DNA of 64,000 nt from Candidatus Collierbacteria bacterium GW2011_GWA2_42_17 (GCA_000998275.1 LCDA01000003.1:1596-65595), one strand, 5' to 3'; counted from the first letter of the stretch, positions 10,697-20,128 are shown. Notes: a model not told the origin generated them from the letters alone. Numbers and translations are program-made.

Positions 10697-11008
10697 TCAA
10701 GGTAAAAGAGGTCCGCCGTTGTATCCCGGTATCCACCAGGGAATAAATAAATAAACGATAAAGATGTAGCTTGTGATTGAATAGATGGCGACAAGCAAAA
10801 GTGCTTTTAACAGGCCCGTTTTTTGTCTGCGGAGTTGCCACCAAGCAAGAAATAACAGGAGCAAACTAGGAATTAATAAATATTTATTTTGGCTCTCATT
10901 GGTGAGTTTCAATAAATATCCCGAGCTGATGAGGAAGATGAGAATACCGCCACAACAAATGAAGTGAATTATGATGAAGGGAATTGCGCCTCCAATTAAT
11001 TTTTTCAT
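10697..11008 (-). CDS. Small 3-TM protein with a Cys pair, possible metal transporter
   Basis: HFICCGG in the first TM; lies within the metal operon. Confidence 0.6.
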   Translation of the reverse strand: MKKLIGGAIPFIIIHFICCGGILIFLISSGYLLKLTNESQNKYLLIPSLLLLFLAWWQLRRQKTGLLKALLLVAIYSITSYIFIVYLFIPWWIPGYNGGPLLP

Positions 11009-11035
11009 GGTTGTGGCAGCACTTGGATATTTTAT

Positions 11036-11980
11036 TTAAACTCCACAACCGCCACCGCCCTGCTTGGGTGGTTGTTCAATGATGCCTTCACTGCTTAGCC
11101 ATTGCTTGGCTGCCTGCCAGCCGGAGGATGAAGAGAACTCTCGACCAAGGAGTGTTTTGGCATCGATGTCGGCGAAGTTTTTACTTTCTTTATTTTTGAA
11201 ATACAAGGCTAGGTCATAGTAGTTACCTGGGAACCAAAAAGCGCTGAAATATTTACCTGCCTCGTACATTTCTTTTTCACTGGCTCCGTTTGAGGCCATT
11301 AACTCTAAGACAGCGAGTAAGGCCATGCCATGATTACAGTCGGGGAAAGCGGTAGAGTTGTTGCAGCAAGGACGGAAAATATTTGAAGCAACTTCTTTTA
11401 CCAGTTTCTCTTGTGCCGGGGTGAGTTTGATGAAGTTTGCTTTGGAGTAGTATTTCATGGCATCACCTTTTGCCAGAGTCCAACCACCGGTAGAAGCAAA
11501 TCTAGCGGCACCTTTAAGCCCGCCGTCTTTTACCATGTCTCCCGCGTCCAAGATGGATGATTTGTTGGACAACCCAAGTGCCCAGAAGAAGTTCAGGAGA
11601 AATTTGCTGTTTAATGAGGTAATTTTTACAGGAGTGTTGCTACCTTTGGTGAGGATATCAAGCTGTTCCTGATCGAGGTCTTGTCCGGAAGCACTGTATG
11701 CCGCTTTAAATTTTTCCAAGTCGATAACACCGAGAGCGATCATTTTTGGACCCAGATCACCAAAAGCGGCGTTTATTTCATATCCTTGATCAGGATTGAC
11801 CTCTTCAAGGGAGACAGTTTCCCCTTTGTTTGTTTGACTCTGTGTGGTTTGTTCTTGGTTGGCGGTTCCGCCACTATTAATTTTCACAATATAGAAGCCT
11901 TGGCCTATATTCACTCCAAAACTGGCGAGTAAAAGTAGGGGAATAACTTTACTTCGGAAATTAGTCGTCTTTTCTTTCAT
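11036..11980 (-). CDS. Exported Cys-motif hypothetical protein
   Basis: N-terminal anchor, RPCC...PDCNHG motif, C-terminal GGGCGV. Confidence 0.7.
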   Translation of the reverse strand: MKEKTTNFRSKVIPLLLLASFGVNIGQGFYIVKINSGGTANQEQTTQSQTNKGETVSLEEVNPDQGYEINAAFGDLGPKMIALGVIDLEKFKAAYSASGQDLDQEQLDILTKGSNTPVKITSLNSKFLLNFFWALGLSNKSSILDAGDMVKDGGLKGAARFASTGGWTLAKGDAMKYYSKANFIKLTPAQEKLVKEVASNIFRPCCNNSTAFPDCNHGMALLAVLELMASNGASEKEMYEAGKYFSAFWFPGNYYDLALYFKNKESKNFADIDAKTLLGREFSSSSGWQAAKQWLSSEGIIEQPPKQGGGGCGV

Positions 11981-12800
11981 AGTTTTTAAATTTAATAATT
12001 AATTTATAAAATAAAAATAAGATGAGGGAAAAAACTAAGAGATCGACAATTCGATTTTGGAAATACTTTGATATATTAAAGACGATATTCCTGATCACTT
12101 GACCATAGACATCTTTTTCTGAACTCATTTGGATTTTGTCGAAGTAGTTTAAAATCGTAATGGTGATGCCGGACAAGAAAAAAATGCCTACTCCAAGAAA
12201 CTGGAATATTTTGTATATTTTGGCTCTATTTTTGCCGATGAGGCCGGTCACCTTTGAGTAAGACATGGAGATGAGCATGAGAGGAAACACGATTCCCAGC
12301 ACATAAGCGATAGAGACTAGTAGGGCTTGGAACATAGTGGGTGAGAGAGAGGTCAGTGTAACCGCGGCAAAAAGAACCGGGGCGCAACAGGCTGAGGTGA
12401 GGCCGGACATCAAACCGAGAACGAACACCGACCAAGTGTTGGTTTTTTGACCAACCCGGGGGTTGACATGGAAAATTTGGGGGAGATGAAATACAGGCCA
12501 GATGGTCATTAGCCCCATAAATACCATAAAGGCGCCACCTAAGTAGTAGACTTCTTTGTGGTAAGCATCCAAAAAGAAAATGAAAAAGCGGAAACCTAAG
12601 GATATCGGAATAAGAATGAAGGAGAGACCCAAAGCAAAAAGCAGGGTATAGAGCAGAACCCTTTTGCGATCTTTGAAGATAGTACCGAAGTAAGAAGGCA
12701 AGAGAAAGGTAATGCAGCAGGGGGCAAAGAGAGCCAAGACTCCGGCGATGAAAGAAGCGGTGAGAGAGACTCCCAGGAAAAGATTTGGATCTAAGTTCAT
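11961..12800 (-). CDS. ccdA: Cytochrome c biogenesis CcdA/DsbD-type transmembrane thiol-redox protein
   Basis: FAPCCITFLLP and SACCAPVL motifs in TM helices. Confidence 0.75.
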   Translation of the reverse strand: MNLDPNLFLGVSLTASFIAGVLALFAPCCITFLLPSYFGTIFKDRKRVLLYTLLFALGLSFILIPISLGFRFFIFFLDAYHKEVYYLGGAFMVFMGLMTIWPVFHLPQIFHVNPRVGQKTNTWSVFVLGLMSGLTSACCAPVLFAAVTLTSLSPTMFQALLVSIAYVLGIVFPLMLISMSYSKVTGLIGKNRAKIYKIFQFLGVGIFFLSGITITILNYFDKIQMSSEKDVYGQVIRNIVFNISKYFQNRIVDLLVFSLILFLFYKLIIKFKNYERKDD

Positions 12801-13315
12801 TTGGTAATGTTGGCTTTCATTCTTAATATGATCTTTGAGAAATCGGGGTCGTTGGTGTCGATGTATACCTCACGGATGATGACACCATAAACCGGCATGG
12901 TGAAGGGGCGATAGATGACTCTAATGGTTGCTTCAGCTCCAGGAGCTATGTTGACTACCTCGAGAGATCGCTTGCTCATACCATATTCTTTGGTTTCTTG
13001 GTCTCCGCTAATTATTTTGGCTGAGGTACAACCGCAACTGGAATTAATATTTCTAAGCTGAAGTGTTTTTTCACCAATATTTTTGACAATAAAGTCTCTC
13101 GTAATGGTGTCTTTTAATTTCGAGATTCCCGTGTCGACAAAGTTTTCGGGTAATTCAACTTTGGGTTTTTGGGTATCTGTCTGGGTGTAAGAGGTGGTAG
13201 GGGAGCTTGAGGTTTTTTTACTGAGGAGACTGATGGCAAACAGCGAAAGTATCGCTACTAAAGCTGTGCCGAAGACGATCATAATGATTGTTTTGATGCT
13301 GGTAGTATTCAACAT
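12797..13315 (-). CDS. DUF1573-like Ig-fold membrane-anchored protein
   Basis: VKNIG...SSCGCT...IAPG...TNDP; start moved to MLNTT based on the promoter position. Confidence 0.75.
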   Translation of the reverse strand: MLNTTSIKTIIMIVFGTALVAILSLFAISLLSKKTSSSPTTSYTQTDTQKPKVELPENFVDTGISKLKDTITRDFIVKNIGEKTLQLRNINSSCGCTSAKIISGDQETKEYGMSKRSLEVVNIAPGAEATIRVIYRPFTMPVYGVIIREVYIDTNDPDFSKIILRMKANITK

Positions 13316-13351
13316 ACTACCTAGTGTAGTAGAATATTTTATAATAGTCAA
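13311..13351 (-). promoter_or_regulatory. Promoter (TTGACT-17-TACACT) overlapped by operator copy 3
   Basis: Minus strand reads TACTACACTAGGTAGTATGTTGAAT, one mismatch from the site at 5137; covers the -10 box and the ATG. Confidence 0.75.
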
Positions 13352-13353
13352 CT

Positions 13354-13806
13354 ATGAAAATATTAGCCGTCTTTCTTACCATTGCAGTTATCGTCGTTGG
13401 TGTCGTGATATTCAAATCATCACGAGCGAAACCATTGATTGTTTACGATGATCAAGAAATAACCAGATACGTGGCTCCGACAATAGAGCCACGAGTCGAG
13501 CCGAAACCCACTTCGACATCAAGTCAAAAAGCAGTTCAAGTGATTAGAGCCACTTACAATATTGAGGATGGTCTTAGCCCAAGCCGATTTAAAGTGAAAG
13601 CCGGTGTTCCGGTTAGACTGGAAGTTAAGGCCATTGTTGATGGTCTGGGTTGTATGGGAAGTATTACAATTCCTGAGCTAACGGATGAGGTTTATGGATT
13701 TGAGAAGGATGTAACTAATGTATTCGAAGTAACACCACCCTCTCCAGGAGAGTACGTGATTACCTGTGCTATGGGAATTCCACACGGAGTAATTATTGCC
13801 GAGTAA
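13354..13806 (+). CDS. Membrane-anchored cupredoxin-domain protein
   Basis: VKAGVPVRL, GC and ITCAMG cupredoxin-like ligands. Confidence 0.8.
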   Translation: MKILAVFLTIAVIVVGVVIFKSSRAKPLIVYDDQEITRYVAPTIEPRVEPKPTSTSSQKAVQVIRATYNIEDGLSPSRFKVKAGVPVRLEVKAIVDGLGCMGSITIPELTDEVYGFEKDVTNVFEVTPPSPGEYVITCAMGIPHGVIIAE

Positions 13807-14287
13807 CAAAGTTTTTACGGACGCTGGTGATCATTTGTTTGACACACCATTGGGCATACATATATCCAAAAAGGAAGCCAAGTAGTCGAGCTGCTCCTCT
13901 GGGTAACTCGTAGTCGATAAAGACAACCAATCGAGACCCTTTCTCTTGAGGTGTAATTTCAAAACCCATGCGGTAATTGCCAATCACATAAAGTTTGGGG
14001 TAGGCAACCGTTTCCCATGATTTTAATTTGGGTGGTTCGTGTTGGGTGACCACTTCGTCGAGATAGATGTTTAGTCCAAAAGCTTTGCCTTTGAGCTGAA
14101 TATGAGAACCAACTTTTTGACCTAAATCATTGTCAATTTCAGTGACCATACTGCCTCCTCCCATCATCAGGGAAGACCGTCCCATGTGAGACGAAAGATT
14201 GGCGTGGTTGTCAACAAAAGAAAAGAGCGCTTGGGGGGAGGCGGAGACGATTAAAGATTCAGCATAATGGTAGGGTAGTTTAAACAT
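13793..14287 (-). CDS. SRPBCC/polyketide cyclase-like family protein
   Basis: ESLIVSASPQALFSFVD start and FEITP..GSRLVVFIDY pattern. Confidence 0.65.
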   Translation of the reverse strand: MFKLPYHYAESLIVSASPQALFSFVDNHANLSSHMGRSSLMMGGGSMVTEIDNDLGQKVGSHIQLKGKAFGLNIYLDEVVTQHEPPKLKSWETVAYPKLYVIGNYRMGFEITPQEKGSRLVVFIDYELPRGAARLLGFLFGYMYAQWCVKQMITSVRKNFVTRQ

Positions 14288-14299
14288 ATTATTGATCGT

Positions 14300-16552
14300 T
14301 TATGAAATAAGATCTTTTTCAACCCTTTTAAGTAAGACGGCGTTGACGGCGACGATAATTGATGAGATAGACATGAGCAAGGCAGAAAATTCAGGACGAA
14401 GAGTAATGCCAAATCGTGGGTAAAGTACTCCGGCGGCAATGGGGATGGCCAGTAGGTTGTAAACACTAGCCCAAGCCAGGTTTTCTTTCATCTTTCTGAC
14501 GGTAGCCTTACTTAATTTTATGGCTCTAAGAATATCAAGGGGGTCTGATTTCATCAAAACAACATTGGCCGTTTCGATAGCGACGTCTGTGCCAGCACCA
14601 ATGGCGATACCAATGTTGGACTGGGCCAAGGCCGGCGCGTCGTTGACGCCGTCACCAACCATGGCGACAAATTTCCCCTCATCTTGGAGTTTTTTGACAT
14701 ACCGAGCTTTGTCTCCTGGAAGAACATCGGCGAAAATGCGGTCTATTCCCAGCTGTTTTCCGATGGTTTCGGCGGTTTTACTGTTGTCTCCGGTAATCAT
14801 AGCGATTTCGAGACCGAGATGCTTCATTCGTTCGACGGCGACTTTGGCGGTTGGCTTAATGGGATCTTGGGCGGCAGCCACTCCAGCAATTTTTCCATCA
14901 ACTGCTAAGATCATGATTGTTTTTCCTTCCGAAAGTAATCTATCGATATCCAATTTAAGGGGAGAAATGTCTACCTTTCGATCAGACATGAGCTTAATCG
15001 TCCCGACCAAGATGTGTTTTTGAGAAACAATTGCTTCCACTCCATGGCCGGCAATGGAATTAAATTTTTCAATTTTTTCCGGGAACTTAAGACCACGTTT
15101 TTTTGTTTCTTCCAGGATGGCTTTGCTTAAGGGGTGGCCGGACTTTGCTTCTACGGCGCTGTCTAGTATAAGGATTTCATCAGACTTAAAACCCTCGGCG
15201 GCAAGGACATCGGTAATTTTTGGTTTTCCTTCCGTAAGGGTTCCTGTTTTGTCCATGACTATCGTTTGAATCTTGGAGACCTGTTCCAAGGTAGGGGCGT
15301 CTTTAATCAAAATATTATATTTGGCACCCAAGCCGGTACCAACGGCGACGGCAGTTGGAGTGGCAAGACCAAGAGCGTCCGGACAGGCGATGACTACCGT
15401 GGAGATGGCGAAGGTGAGAGCGACCAACAAGGGCTGACCGATGATAAAGAACCAAATAATAAAGGTAAGGAGACCGCCGCCAACGGCTACGACGACCAGA
15501 TATTGAGCAAAGCGGTCAGCTATTTTTTGACCTGGAGCTTTGGAGTTTTGGGCTGTTTCGACCATTTTGACAATCTGCCCCAGAGCAGTGTCGGCGCCAA
15601 TTTTGGTAGCTTTAAACTTGACGGAACCGGAGGTGTTGATAGAACCGCCGATAACTTCCGCACCAATGGTTTTGGATACCGGTATAGATTCTCCCGTAAC
15701 CAAGGATTCGTCGATTGCTGTTTGACCTTCGGTAATTACGCCATCGACAGGCACTTTGTCTCCCGGTTTTAGAATAATAGTGTCACCGACAAGAACTTCA
15801 GCGGTAGAGACGAGTACTTCTTTACCATGACGGAGTACTCTTGTTTGGGGTGGTACCAGATCGAAAAGAGCTTGAAGGGCATCGGTAGTGCCTCTTCTGG
15901 ACTTCATTTCCATCCAGTGACCAAAAAGGACAAAGGTGGTGAGCATGGCAGCCGCTTCGTAAAAAGACTCATTACTACCCAAGAGTGTTAAAGCAATACT
16001 AAAGAAGTAAGCAGCACTGATACCGACAGCGATCAACACGGCCATGTTGAGAGTTTTTTGTTTGAAAATGGCGATGTATGAAGAGTAGAGAAAAATCCAA
16101 CCACAGTAAAAATAAACAGGAGTTGTTAAGAGAAGAAGCAACCAGTTTACGGGGATAGGTGAAGGAAGACTCAGACCAAAGATATTGACGCCCATTTGAG
16201 AGTAGAGGACGATGGGAATGGTGAGAATCAGAGAAACAAAAAATTTGTTTCTAATGTCTTCTTCCATCATTTTGGCCATTTCACGACCAGCGAGTCCAGT
16301 GTGATCCATACCCATAGCCATAGTCATACTCATCTTAAATTTTTCCCAGAAACCCATTTGGGCAACCGGTTTCATGGTATGGCCCTGATGGCTTTCATGT
16401 TTGTTGTCTGAAGAAGGGGTTTCGTGGTGTTCGTGATCACTATGTTTCATCTCTTGGGGAACAAGAGCCATTCCACACTTAGGACAGTTCCCCGGCTTGT
16501 CGGAGGTGACTTCGGGGTGCATAGGGCAGACGTAAGAAGGGGTCATGTTCAT
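14300..16552 (-). CDS. Second copper-translocating P1B ATPase with N-terminal CPMHP metal-binding domain and His/Met-rich region
   Basis: YVCPMHP..CPKCGMAL, CPDALGLA, DKTGT, GDGVND, YN, MSISS; start moved to MNMTP. Confidence 0.92.
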   Translation of the reverse strand: MNMTPSYVCPMHPEVTSDKPGNCPKCGMALVPQEMKHSDHEHHETPSSDNKHESHQGHTMKPVAQMGFWEKFKMSMTMAMGMDHTGLAGREMAKMMEEDIRNKFFVSLILTIPIVLYSQMGVNIFGLSLPSPIPVNWLLLLLTTPVYFYCGWIFLYSSYIAIFKQKTLNMAVLIAVGISAAYFFSIALTLLGSNESFYEAAAMLTTFVLFGHWMEMKSRRGTTDALQALFDLVPPQTRVLRHGKEVLVSTAEVLVGDTIILKPGDKVPVDGVITEGQTAIDESLVTGESIPVSKTIGAEVIGGSINTSGSVKFKATKIGADTALGQIVKMVETAQNSKAPGQKIADRFAQYLVVVAVGGGLLTFIIWFFIIGQPLLVALTFAISTVVIACPDALGLATPTAVAVGTGLGAKYNILIKDAPTLEQVSKIQTIVMDKTGTLTEGKPKITDVLAAEGFKSDEILILDSAVEAKSGHPLSKAILEETKKRGLKFPEKIEKFNSIAGHGVEAIVSQKHILVGTIKLMSDRKVDISPLKLDIDRLLSEGKTIMILAVDGKIAGVAAAQDPIKPTAKVAVERMKHLGLEIAMITGDNSKTAETIGKQLGIDRIFADVLPGDKARYVKKLQDEGKFVAMVGDGVNDAPALAQSNIGIAIGAGTDVAIETANVVLMKSDPLDILRAIKLSKATVRKMKENLAWASVYNLLAIPIAAGVLYPRFGITLRPEFSALLMSISSIIVAVNAVLLKRVEKDLIS

Positions 16553-16624
16553 ACATTTAGTATAAGCATTTTTTTTGATAAATATTTTTTCGGCCTTGAT
16601 TTGGGAATGATGTAGAATCGAGTT

Positions 16625-17104
16625 ATGAACGAAAAAATAAAGCCAGTACCGACTGATTTTAATTCGGAAAAAATGGAGATTGTTATGAGGGCAAACGACG
16701 AAGGTCCACTGGGGGAGATAGAGAGTTGGAAGGAAGCTTTTCCGGAGGTTGAGTTTATGGATGTTGATGAAGCGTTTAGCGGTGACAAGATCGATTGGGA
16801 TCAAAGGACAGTAGTGGAGAAGGCGCTGTTTGTTGCTTTTATGAAAGATCCTCAGTCGACAAGTGTTAGATATGAAATGAAGCTGGACAATATTTACCTG
16901 TCCAAGACAGTTACCGACTCCGAAAGAGTCTGGTGGATGTGGATGGCAGGCTGTTTTTCCGGTGGGGAGCTTGATGAAAAAGCAATAAAAACGTTTTTAT
17001 GGTATGTGGATGAGAGTATTTTAGCGAGACGATTTACCAGGGATATAGATCTGGAAAGGGTAAAAAACATCAAGTACAAAATAAAAGTGGCGCCTTTGGA
17101 ATAA
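16625..17104 (+). CDS. Hypothetical protein
   Basis: 159 aa ORF, TAGAAT 6 nt upstream of the ATG. Confidence 0.6.
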   Translation: MNEKIKPVPTDFNSEKMEIVMRANDEGPLGEIESWKEAFPEVEFMDVDEAFSGDKIDWDQRTVVEKALFVAFMKDPQSTSVRYEMKLDNIYLSKTVTDSERVWWMWMAGCFSGGELDEKAIKTFLWYVDESILARRFTRDIDLERVKNIKYKIKVAPLE

Positions 17105-17216
17105 CAAAGAACCTCCTTGCGGAGGCTCCTTGCGAAAATCACTTGCGTAACTTTCTGACTTAATGATTGCTCATTAAGCTATTTATAACTGTAATGTATA
17201 TTACAGATTTTGTCAA
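17105..17216 (-). ncRNA. Candidate small RNA cassette 1 (promoter, GCAA-looped hairpins, terminator)
   Basis: TTGACA-17-TACAGT followed by three hairpins each capped by GCAA; the last is followed by U residues. Confidence 0.55.
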
Positions 17217-17231
17217 GGGGGTAGTTGGATA

Positions 17232-17319
17232 TAAAAAGAGACCTCCTTGCGGAAGTCTCTAGCTTACAACCTGCATTGTAGAGCTGGTTCTTTGTAACAT
17301 ATATTACAAAATGTGTCAA
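17232..17319 (-). ncRNA. Candidate small RNA cassette 2
   Basis: TTGACA plus the same TGTAA-N6-TTACA palindrome, an AGCT-initiated hairpin and terminator AGAGACTTCC-GCAA-GGAGGTCTCT-T5. Confidence 0.5.
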
Positions 17320-17325
17320 GTTATA

Positions 17326-17357
17326 AAAATAGGCCCCGGGGTTAGCGGGGCCTTTTT
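17326..17357. terminator. Intrinsic terminator, possibly bidirectional
   Basis: AGGCCCCG-gggttag-CGGGGCCT flanked by A- and T-tracts. Confidence 0.7.
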
Positions 17358-17358
17358 C

Positions 17359-18000
17359 TTAGTGAGGAAGGCTAAGGTTGGTGCACTTTTTAATCTCGTA
17401 GCGGAAGGTGGTTTCCCCTCCGAGGTCAACGAGATCGTCCTTCTCCCATTCAAGCAGGTCGCCGGTCTGCATAATGCGCAGGCCGAGATGATGATTGAAG
17501 GGAACGGCCTTCCAGTGAAGGCGGGCATCGAAGCCCGGCTTAAAAGCTACGGTCCCTACTCCGCGGAGCAGGGAGAAAGAGACAACCATGCCTTCAGGGA
17601 GGTTCTCAGGTGAAGGCGAGTATTCTTCGGTGACGAAGAAAAAACGCCCGTTCTGATTGGCAATACCGATATTGTAGGTATTGCCAGGAACCTCCAAACA
17701 GACCATGTTGGCCGGCCAGCGGGCAATTTGCCCGGTGCCGGTGGAGCAGTCGATGGTAAAGTTTTTCGTATACCCCCCGAGTTCATTTTTAGCCTTGGGG
17801 ACCTTCTGTAACCCTTGGGGGTTGAGAGTGAAGCAGGTGTGTTCACCTTTAACACTCAGGTGGAGGGCGATTTTGGTTCCATGGCGGAAAACGCCGAGGA
17901 AACCATTACCCTCATCCGGGGTAATGATGCGACCAGACTGGTCAAAAAGCACGATCGAAATATTGGGAAGAGCTTTGGGGGAAAACAGGAACTTTTGCAT
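17359..18000 (-). CDS. Hypothetical protein with C-terminal cold-shock-like OB fold
   Basis: EGMVVSFSLLRGVGTV...DARLHWKAV aligns by eye with CSD GxVKWF..KGFGFI...DVFVHFSAI; GAGGAG RBS before MQKFL. Confidence 0.6.
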   Translation of the reverse strand: MQKFLFSPKALPNISIVLFDQSGRIITPDEGNGFLGVFRHGTKIALHLSVKGEHTCFTLNPQGLQKVPKAKNELGGYTKNFTIDCSTGTGQIARWPANMVCLEVPGNTYNIGIANQNGRFFFVTEEYSPSPENLPEGMVVSFSLLRGVGTVAFKPGFDARLHWKAVPFNHHLGLRIMQTGDLLEWEKDDLVDLGGETTFRYEIKKCTNLSLPH

Positions 18001-18146
18001 GAGAAATCTCCTCGAACGGACGATATGGATAGATTTAAGGAGCAAGCCCATCATTGGGCTGAGAATGAGTCCTATAGTATCATAAGGAGGCTGAAAAGTC
18101 AAGTATTTGCCATAAAAAAAGGCAGGGGTTAGCCTGCCTAATGTGG

Positions 18147-18710
18147 TCAAGGGAAGGATTTTCCAATGAGCCTTTTTGCAACTTCAAAGCTGATTTCTGG
18201 AAAGATGTTGGAGGCAAATTCGTGTCCCGTGTCAAAGTAATCGTCTCTGGTAAATGGTCTTTCTAATAGATATCTTAAAATCAGCCTCCCGGTGATGTCT
18301 CTTAACAGTAGATCCTTCGTAATATCCAGATGCTCTCTAACGTGTTGGATATAAAGAAGGATTCCTGGGTTCGAATCTGGCAAAAAGAGATCTTTTACGG
18401 CTTCGTCTTTTGAGTTGGTGACGAGGTACGCCCCAGTAGCCAGTATGGTATCAAAGAGATATCGGTAACCCAGGATTAGGAGTTTGAGATCAACCATGGT
18501 GGTGCCAAAGTTACTAACGATTTTCGATTGTTCGGGCACGAGATTGTTTTCGATATGGAACGCCATCATGTGGATCGTTTCAAGACAAACAGCTATTGTA
18601 GGAGGAATACCTTTGTTGATGTCTCCCATAACGCTGTCACTAATACTCTCAACATCGTAAAAGGGGATAAAAGGGGAACCAGTGTAATAGTACTTGGCTG
18701 TGGGTGACAT
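18147..18710 (-). CDS. Hypothetical protein
   Basis: 187 aa ORF with AAGGAGAGG RBS and a downstream terminator. Confidence 0.65.
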   Translation of the reverse strand: MSPTAKYYYTGSPFIPFYDVESISDSVMGDINKGIPPTIAVCLETIHMMAFHIENNLVPEQSKIVSNFGTTMVDLKLLILGYRYLFDTILATGAYLVTNSKDEAVKDLFLPDSNPGILLYIQHVREHLDITKDLLLRDITGRLILRYLLERPFTRDDYFDTGHEFASNIFPEISFEVAKRLIGKSFP

Positions 18711-18799
18711 TTACCTCTCCTTGAAACCAGGATTGTGAAAGTACTTTAGTGGATTATAAGCTGAGAGATTCCTCGTGTAAAGGGGACTCAGGCAGGAGG

Positions 18800-20128
18800 C
18801 TAATCAATTCTTTTCTTTTTAGAAAAAGAAATAGCGCGAATGGTTTTATGTGTGCCTGGAGAGAAAATTTTGTCGTAACCTAAGGATTTGGCTTCTTTGA
18901 GCATTTTATCGGAGAAACCAACCTTGCGAATCTCTCCCAGTAGCCCAAGCTCGCCAAAGCAAATGGAGTTTTCGGGGAGAGGGGTGTCTTTGGCTGAAGA
19001 GATGATGGCAAGGGCGATACCGAGGTCAGCTCCAGGGTCTTTGATGTCTAGACCCCCGGTGACGTTGACAAAAACATCTTTTTCACCGATGGGAAGGTGA
19101 AGATGCTTGGTGAGAATGGCGCAGATAAGCTGGAGACGGTTGGTGGAGATACCTTTGGCAATTCGGCGGGGAATGGGGAGGGGAGAAGAGACGACAAGAG
19201 CTTGTATCTCAACAGTAAGAGGTCTGGTTCCTTCCATAATCATGGTGAGACAGGATCCTGGAGCATTTTTAATGCGACCTTCCAGAAGAATTGCCCCCGG
19301 ATCTTTGACTTCTTCTAGGCCACTGCCGGTCATTTGAAAGATACCGGTTTCATCGGTTGGGCCAAAGCGGTTTTTTATAGTCCTAAGCAAGCGCAAAAGG
19401 TGCTGTCTATCGCCATTTAATTCAAGAACTGTATCAACCATGTGTTCAAGCATTTTTGGTCCGGCAATGTTGCCATCTTTGGTAACATGACCAACTATTA
19501 TGAGGGGAGTTGAGTGTTCTTTAGCGGTTTGGATGAGTAATGAAGCGCTATCTCTTATTTGGGACGGAGATCCGGGAGTAGTGACGTTTTGGTTGGTGTA
19601 AACAGACTGAATGGAGTCAATAATAATGAGGGAGTTGGGGTTTTTGGCGATGGTTTCGCAGACACTATCGACAAGGGAGGTATTTAAAAGGTGAATATGG
19701 GGAGTTTCTTTCTTGCTGAGACGTTTGATTCTGGTAGCGACTTGAGCCGGGTTTTCTTCCGAACAGACGTAGTAAACATCATTGGGAACAGAGATGGCTA
19801 GTTGGGTCAGCAGAGTAGATTTGCCGATACCAGGTTGACCGGCAAGCAGGTAGACACCACCACGGGTGATTCCGGGACCAAGAACGCGGTCAAACTCGCT
19901 AATTCCAGTAGAGAGGGTGTAACCTTCTTGGGAAGTGAGAGCGTCTTTGACCGAGAAAGACTCGACGGATTTGGTGGAGATTTTTTTGGCACCGCCCCTT
20001 GGGGTCTTTAAGAAAGGGGTGGCCTCGACAAGAGTGTTCCACTCATGGCAAGTGGGGCACTGACCAGACCACTTGGCAAACTCGTTGCCGCAGCTATTAC
20101 AGAAAAAAACGGTAGTGGACTTGGACAT
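18800..20128 (-). CDS. radA: DNA repair protein RadA/Sms
   Basis: CxxC-CxxC zinc finger, GQPGIGKST, KNRFG, Lon-like C-terminus. Confidence 0.95.
   Translation of the reverse strand: MSKSTTVFFCNSCGNEFAKWSGQCPTCHEWNTLVEATPFLKTPRGGAKKISTKSVESFSVKDALTSQEGYTLSTGISEFDRVLGPGITRGGVYLLAGQPGIGKSTLLTQLAISVPNDVYYVCSEENPAQVATRIKRLSKKETPHIHLLNTSLVDSVCETIAKNPNSLIIIDSIQSVYTNQNVTTPGSPSQIRDSASLLIQTAKEHSTPLIIVGHVTKDGNIAGPKMLEHMVDTVLELNGDRQHLLRLLRTIKNRFGPTDETGIFQMTGSGLEEVKDPGAILLEGRIKNAPGSCLTMIMEGTRPLTVEIQALVVSSPLPIPRRIAKGISTNRLQLICAILTKHLHLPIGEKDVFVNVTGGLDIKDPGADLGIALAIISSAKDTPLPENSICFGELGLLGEIRKVGFSDKMLKEAKSLGYDKIFSPGTHKTIRAISFSKKKRID

Noticed and set aside
14520-15772. Long plus-strand ORFs within the ATPase, and similar antisense ORFs elsewhere in the track
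   Set aside because: They are shadow ORFs opposite well-supported genes
16553-16804. N-terminal extension of the second ATPase in the ORF track
   Set aside because: It overlaps the divergent gene at 16625 and precedes the natural CPMHP domain start
17105-17319. CRISPR array
   Set aside because: Only two imperfect units, each with its own promoter and terminator; no constant repeat-spacer period and no cas genes in the window
17331-18139. Integron attC sites suggested by GTTAG in hairpins
   Set aside because: GTTAG lies in the loops, there is no complementary RYYYAAC end, and no integrase is present
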